From NCBI GenBank assembly GCA_965235115.1, contig OZ249436.1, positions 11,534,001 to 11,598,000 of the forward strand: a stretch of 64,000 bases of DNA, given 5' to 3'. Positions 62,601 through 64,000 of this stretch are shown here, piece by piece. Each line of letters begins with the position of its first letter. The stretch's first letter is position 1. The DNA comes from Laetmonice hystrix. Its lineage: Eukaryota. Made by a program: the position numbers and the translations under genes. A model generated the notes under the pieces. The model did no database searches, was not told where the DNA came from, and worked only from the letters and a program-made list of their open reading frames with translations.

Positions 62601-62827
62601 GATTTTATTTTCATTTTGAACCGAGATCGGAGAACTTACTTTGGACTTGCCACCTTCATGGCACAGTGTATGGGAAACCGTCCCGACATGGTCAGGTTTG
62701 GGTCGGCGCCCCATCGCAGGAGCTGCTCGGCGGTTTCGGCTTGACCACTGACACAGGCTGTGTGTAAGGCACTCTCACCAGCTAAGTTCAGTTGGTTTAT
62801 AACTGTAGGGTCCTTAGAAGCCAACAA
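32482..62827 (-). CDS. PLA2G6: 85/88-kDa calcium-independent phospholipase A2 (iPLA2-beta), 5'-partial; 12 exons: 62827-62640, 61714-61618, 58124-57942, 40633-40518, 39355-39198, 36606-36479, 35827-35674, 34764-34614, 34386-34253, 33295-33141, 32991-32824, 32697-32482
   Basis: Ankyrin repeats ([42 protein letters not shown]) followed by a patatin domain with [10 protein letters not shown], catalytic [42 protein letters not shown]. All introns GT-AG and phases join into one 1848-nt frame ending in TGA at 32482. Confidence 0.96.
32824..32991 (-). CDS. PLA2G6: PLA2G6 exon (168 nt)
   Basis: [21 protein letters not shown]...LGKLLIDQ. Confidence 0.95.
33141..33295 (-). CDS. PLA2G6: PLA2G6 exon (155 nt, catalytic DGG)
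   Basis: [46 protein letters not shown]. Confidence 0.96.
33352..33882. mobile_element. Kolobok-like MITE (TTAA TSD, AGGGGCATA TIRs) in PLA2G6 intron
   Basis: TTAA-AGGGGCATACTATGA...TCATAATATGCCCCT-TTAA. Confidence 0.85.
34253..34386 (-). CDS. PLA2G6: PLA2G6 exon (134 nt)
   Basis: [21 protein letters not shown]...PPRPN. Confidence 0.94.
34614..34764 (-). CDS. PLA2G6: PLA2G6 exon (151 nt)
   Basis: [51 protein letters not shown]. Confidence 0.95.
34773..35504. repeat. 61-bp tandem repeat, 12 copies, abutting a PLA2G6 acceptor
   Basis: Unit TTATAAAACACTGCATCTGAACCATGTGGTTAATAGAAACAGTTTTCA(C/T)CCACTGTTACCG. Confidence 0.97.
35674..35827 (-). CDS. PLA2G6: PLA2G6 catalytic exon (DGGGIRG, GTSTG)
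   Basis: [52 protein letters not shown]. Confidence 0.96.
35949..36496. repeat. 90-bp tandem repeat, 6 copies, spanning a PLA2G6 donor site
   Basis: CGACCT at 35951, 36041, 36131, 36221, 36311, 36401, 36491. Confidence 0.97.
36479..36606 (-). CDS. PLA2G6: PLA2G6 linker exon (128 nt)
   Basis: [43 protein letters not shown]; phase 1 in, phase 0 out at AGG|GTACGG. Confidence 0.8.
38138..38654. repeat. ~260-bp direct tandem duplication
   Basis: TCTTAATGTGAATTCATTA..CCCAACGC at 38138 and 38397. Confidence 0.9.
39198..39355 (-). CDS. PLA2G6: PLA2G6 linker exon (158 nt)
   Basis: [34 protein letters not shown]...SPKR; phase 2 in, phase 1 out. Confidence 0.88.
39596..40533. repeat. 56-bp tandem repeat, ~17 copies, spanning a PLA2G6 donor site
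   Basis: Unit CTATT(AT/GA)AGAGAAATG(C/T)CAATGGACTAGGCTAACTT(G/A)CCTGTGTT(C/T)ACTCTGTATA; a few shorter variants. Confidence 0.97.
40518..40633 (-). CDS. PLA2G6: PLA2G6 ankyrin exon (116 nt)
   Basis: [39 protein letters not shown]; not in ORF track, read manually. Confidence 0.92.
41202..41549. mobile_element. MITE, copy of the 1275-1637 family
   Basis: Shared internal sequence (GAAGATGCATTATTC, CTCCTCAGTCATCCAGGAGCAACATAACTC) and right TIR CCTGGATCCCCCACTG. Confidence 0.8.
42040..42690 (+). mobile_element. Second Helentron/HINE-like fragment
   Basis: Hairpin ATCCCACTTCCCC...GGGGAAATGGGAT at 42042-42073, then GATGAAACTTT and TGACCTCTGACCTTTG..CAAAGGTCA motifs like those of the 46.5-48.5 kb element. 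Confidence 0.45.
42820..42905 (+). mobile_element. Degenerate tRNA-derived SINE head
   Basis: A-box-like TCGTGCAGTGG and B-box-like ATTCGAAATCC; does not fold into a full cloverleaf. Confidence 0.3.
46060..46530 (-). mobile_element. Decayed CR1/L2-type LINE 3' end
   Basis: Frame ending ..[18 protein letters not shown] resembles the CR1/L2 ORF2 C-terminal LPxEIxxAxSxxxFKxxL pattern. Confidence 0.35.
46537..48552 (-). mobile_element. Non-autonomous Helentron (HINE/DINE-1-like) with internal ~450-bp tandem repeats
   Basis: Minus strand: TT, subTIR TTAGCCCCC, partner GGGGGGCTTATAA, (GTCC)n microsatellite at ~48470-48515, ~3 internal repeats (anchor ATGCATGACCTTGATTGACCTTTCAAGGTC at ~47118, ~47560, ~48021), distal subTIR GGGGGCTATAA and hairpin AAGCTT-CAC-AAGCTT then TT. 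Confidence 0.8.
50870..50945 (+). mobile_element. SINE central-domain relic (V/Meta-SINE-like)
   Basis: GTGGTTTTCGCCTGGTACTCTGGTTTCC resembles the conserved SINE motif GGTTTTCTCCGGGTACTCCGGTTTCC. Confidence 0.4.
51572..52650. mobile_element. MITE with GGCGTAGGAAG TIRs and 5-bp TSD CCAGT, carrying an internal 78-bp tandem array
   Basis: CCAGT-CAGTGGCGTAGGAAG...CTTCCTACGCCTCTC-CCAGT. Confidence 0.75.
51893..52475. repeat. 78-bp tandem repeat, ~7 copies
   Basis: TACTGCTGTACTCTAGCAGAAGCGGAGTAAGG recurring every 78 nt from ~51980. Confidence 0.93.
53148..53498. repeat. Compound palindrome (alternating inverted and direct repeats)
   Basis: CGGATACGGATTTTTAAAAACACATTACAAATATAGGGACTGTGT and its reverse complement, each present twice. 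Confidence 0.9.
53526..54129. mobile_element. PIF/Harbinger-like MITE with ~40-bp TIRs and TTA TSD
   Basis: TTA-AGCCTCTTTTCCACTTTCACGGTTTTTTACGCCGATTCA...TGAATCGGCGTAAAAATCGTGGGAAGTGGGAAAGGGGCT-TTA. Confidence 0.8.
54206..54929. repeat. 17-bp minisatellite, ~43 copies
   Basis: Unit AGCTAGCCCAACTG(T/C)C(T/A). Confidence 0.97.
57942..58124 (-). CDS. PLA2G6: PLA2G6 ankyrin exon (183 nt)
   Basis: [26 protein letters not shown]...[10 protein letters not shown]. Confidence 0.93.
61618..61714 (-). CDS. PLA2G6: PLA2G6 ankyrin exon (97 nt)
   Basis: [35 protein letters not shown]| acceptor, |GTAAGT donor. Confidence 0.92.
62640..62827 (-). CDS. PLA2G6: PLA2G6 ankyrin exon (188 nt)
   Basis: [25 protein letters not shown]...[16 protein letters not shown]| and |GTAAGT. 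Confidence 0.93.
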
Positions 62828-64000
62828 CTGGAAAATAAAAGAAACTAACGTTAACCTGTATGTTTCAGTCAGTTTCATTGTTTGACTGTCAAACGATTGA
62901 GGTTCTAACGATATTGATTAAATTTAGCGATGTAATAAAAGAAGTCCGGTTTGACATTGAGTGAGGGAGACCGCGACGGGCGTGCACCAGTCTGGTGCTG
63001 CCATCTATGTGGCCGCATTCAGCCCGACACATCTCAGAGAGCATGTTATTGGGGAAAGCAAGCCCGTCAGATTATAGACTCGGGGTAATTAAACATTACC
63101 TGACTATCACAGCTTAAACAGAATGTAACACATCATGACTAGCCCTTCATTGTCCGAGTCTTTTATCGGTGATATCAAGGTACAGTAAACCAGTAGAATA
63201 TTTAGACGAGAAGCATACTTATACTTCATCAAAGGGATTCACAGCAGGAGTTTATACTGAAAGGCCTGCTGAAGTTTTTCTCTTGTTATAGCTGTTATTT
63301 CTACAAGAGTTAATTGAAATTTTAAATGTTGCTTATTTCATGACGTTATCTATCTGTTATGTACGGACAACCTTCATTTAGTTATTTTGTTGATTGGACA
63401 GAATATGTTTGAAATGTTACCAAGAACGACCCTTGATTCTATTTTCTTTAGTACTTCTGTTGACTGAGTACAACATAGATCTTGATAAATCTCGTGTAAA
63501 GGAACAAATGACGCTTATTCTTTGACAATTTTAAATAACCAGATATTAATTAATATAGCTTCATCCACTTAAAAAAATACTTTACTACCAACTGCACAAA
63601 GAAATACGATAACTATAAGGCTCTTATAAATAATCTGTTCGCACTAGTGGTATTGGGGGAATCTAAAATATTTGCACGAAAACATTAGAAATCCGTACAA
63701 CCTTGCTCTGTTACGATACGTTTCGATGCTTGTATTTATTTCAATTACTCGATGACACCGCACAGTAGTACGATATTATCCGCTTGGGGACACGCACCAT
63801 ACCTGGTGACTACCTGGTATAACATTTCAAATTTTGAAGTCATTTAAGGATTCTGCCTCCTTATGAGACAAAGCATTTCAAACGTAGAGAAATGAAACGG
63901 TTATCTAGAGAAAAATGTGGCTTCCCTTCAGTTTCAGATATCGGGGGTATACTGCTACAGGGTATTTATTCTTACATTTTATGCTGATTAAAAACACCTC

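Noticed and set aside
63099..63180. Candidate upstream PLA2G6 exon ending CAG|GTAATG
   Set aside because: The required phase-0 frame has a TGA 12 codons upstream and no ankyrin similarity; the true upstream exons lie outside the window.

Overview
Eukaryotic (animal) genomic DNA, most likely a repeat-rich invertebrate; the species cannot be determined from sequence alone. Three spliced protein-coding genes can be rebuilt by hand from GT-AG boundaries. (1) COX6B, minus strand, complete 3-exon CDS 2783-3843, 78 aa. (2) A CARHSP1/CSDC2-family cold-shock-domain gene, plus strand, CDS 14917-18687, 146 aa, possibly with a 21-aa N-terminal extension from an upstream exon. (3) The 3' 12 coding exons of PLA2G6/iPLA2-beta, minus strand, 32482-62827, 615 aa in the window, with the 5' part beyond the right edge. 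A CpG-rich probable non-coding first exon of a fourth minus-strand gene lies at 37-630. The rest is non-autonomous DNA transposons (5-bp-TSD CAG/CAC-ended MITEs, TTAA Kolobok-like, TTA/CWG Harbinger-like, TA Tc1-like), a Helentron/HINE-type element, a 5'-truncated L1/Tx1-type LINE with a 14-bp TSD, SINE relics and at least 8 tandem arrays. The most unusual signal is three minisatellites at splice junctions of PLA2G6 introns. Two demonstrably multiply a real donor site, and in all three each unit contains an AG...GT/GC-bounded, frame-preserving, stop-free candidate micro-exon (18, 33 and 18/12 nt). Their use in vivo is untested. No CRISPR array, rRNA or intact tRNA is supported.
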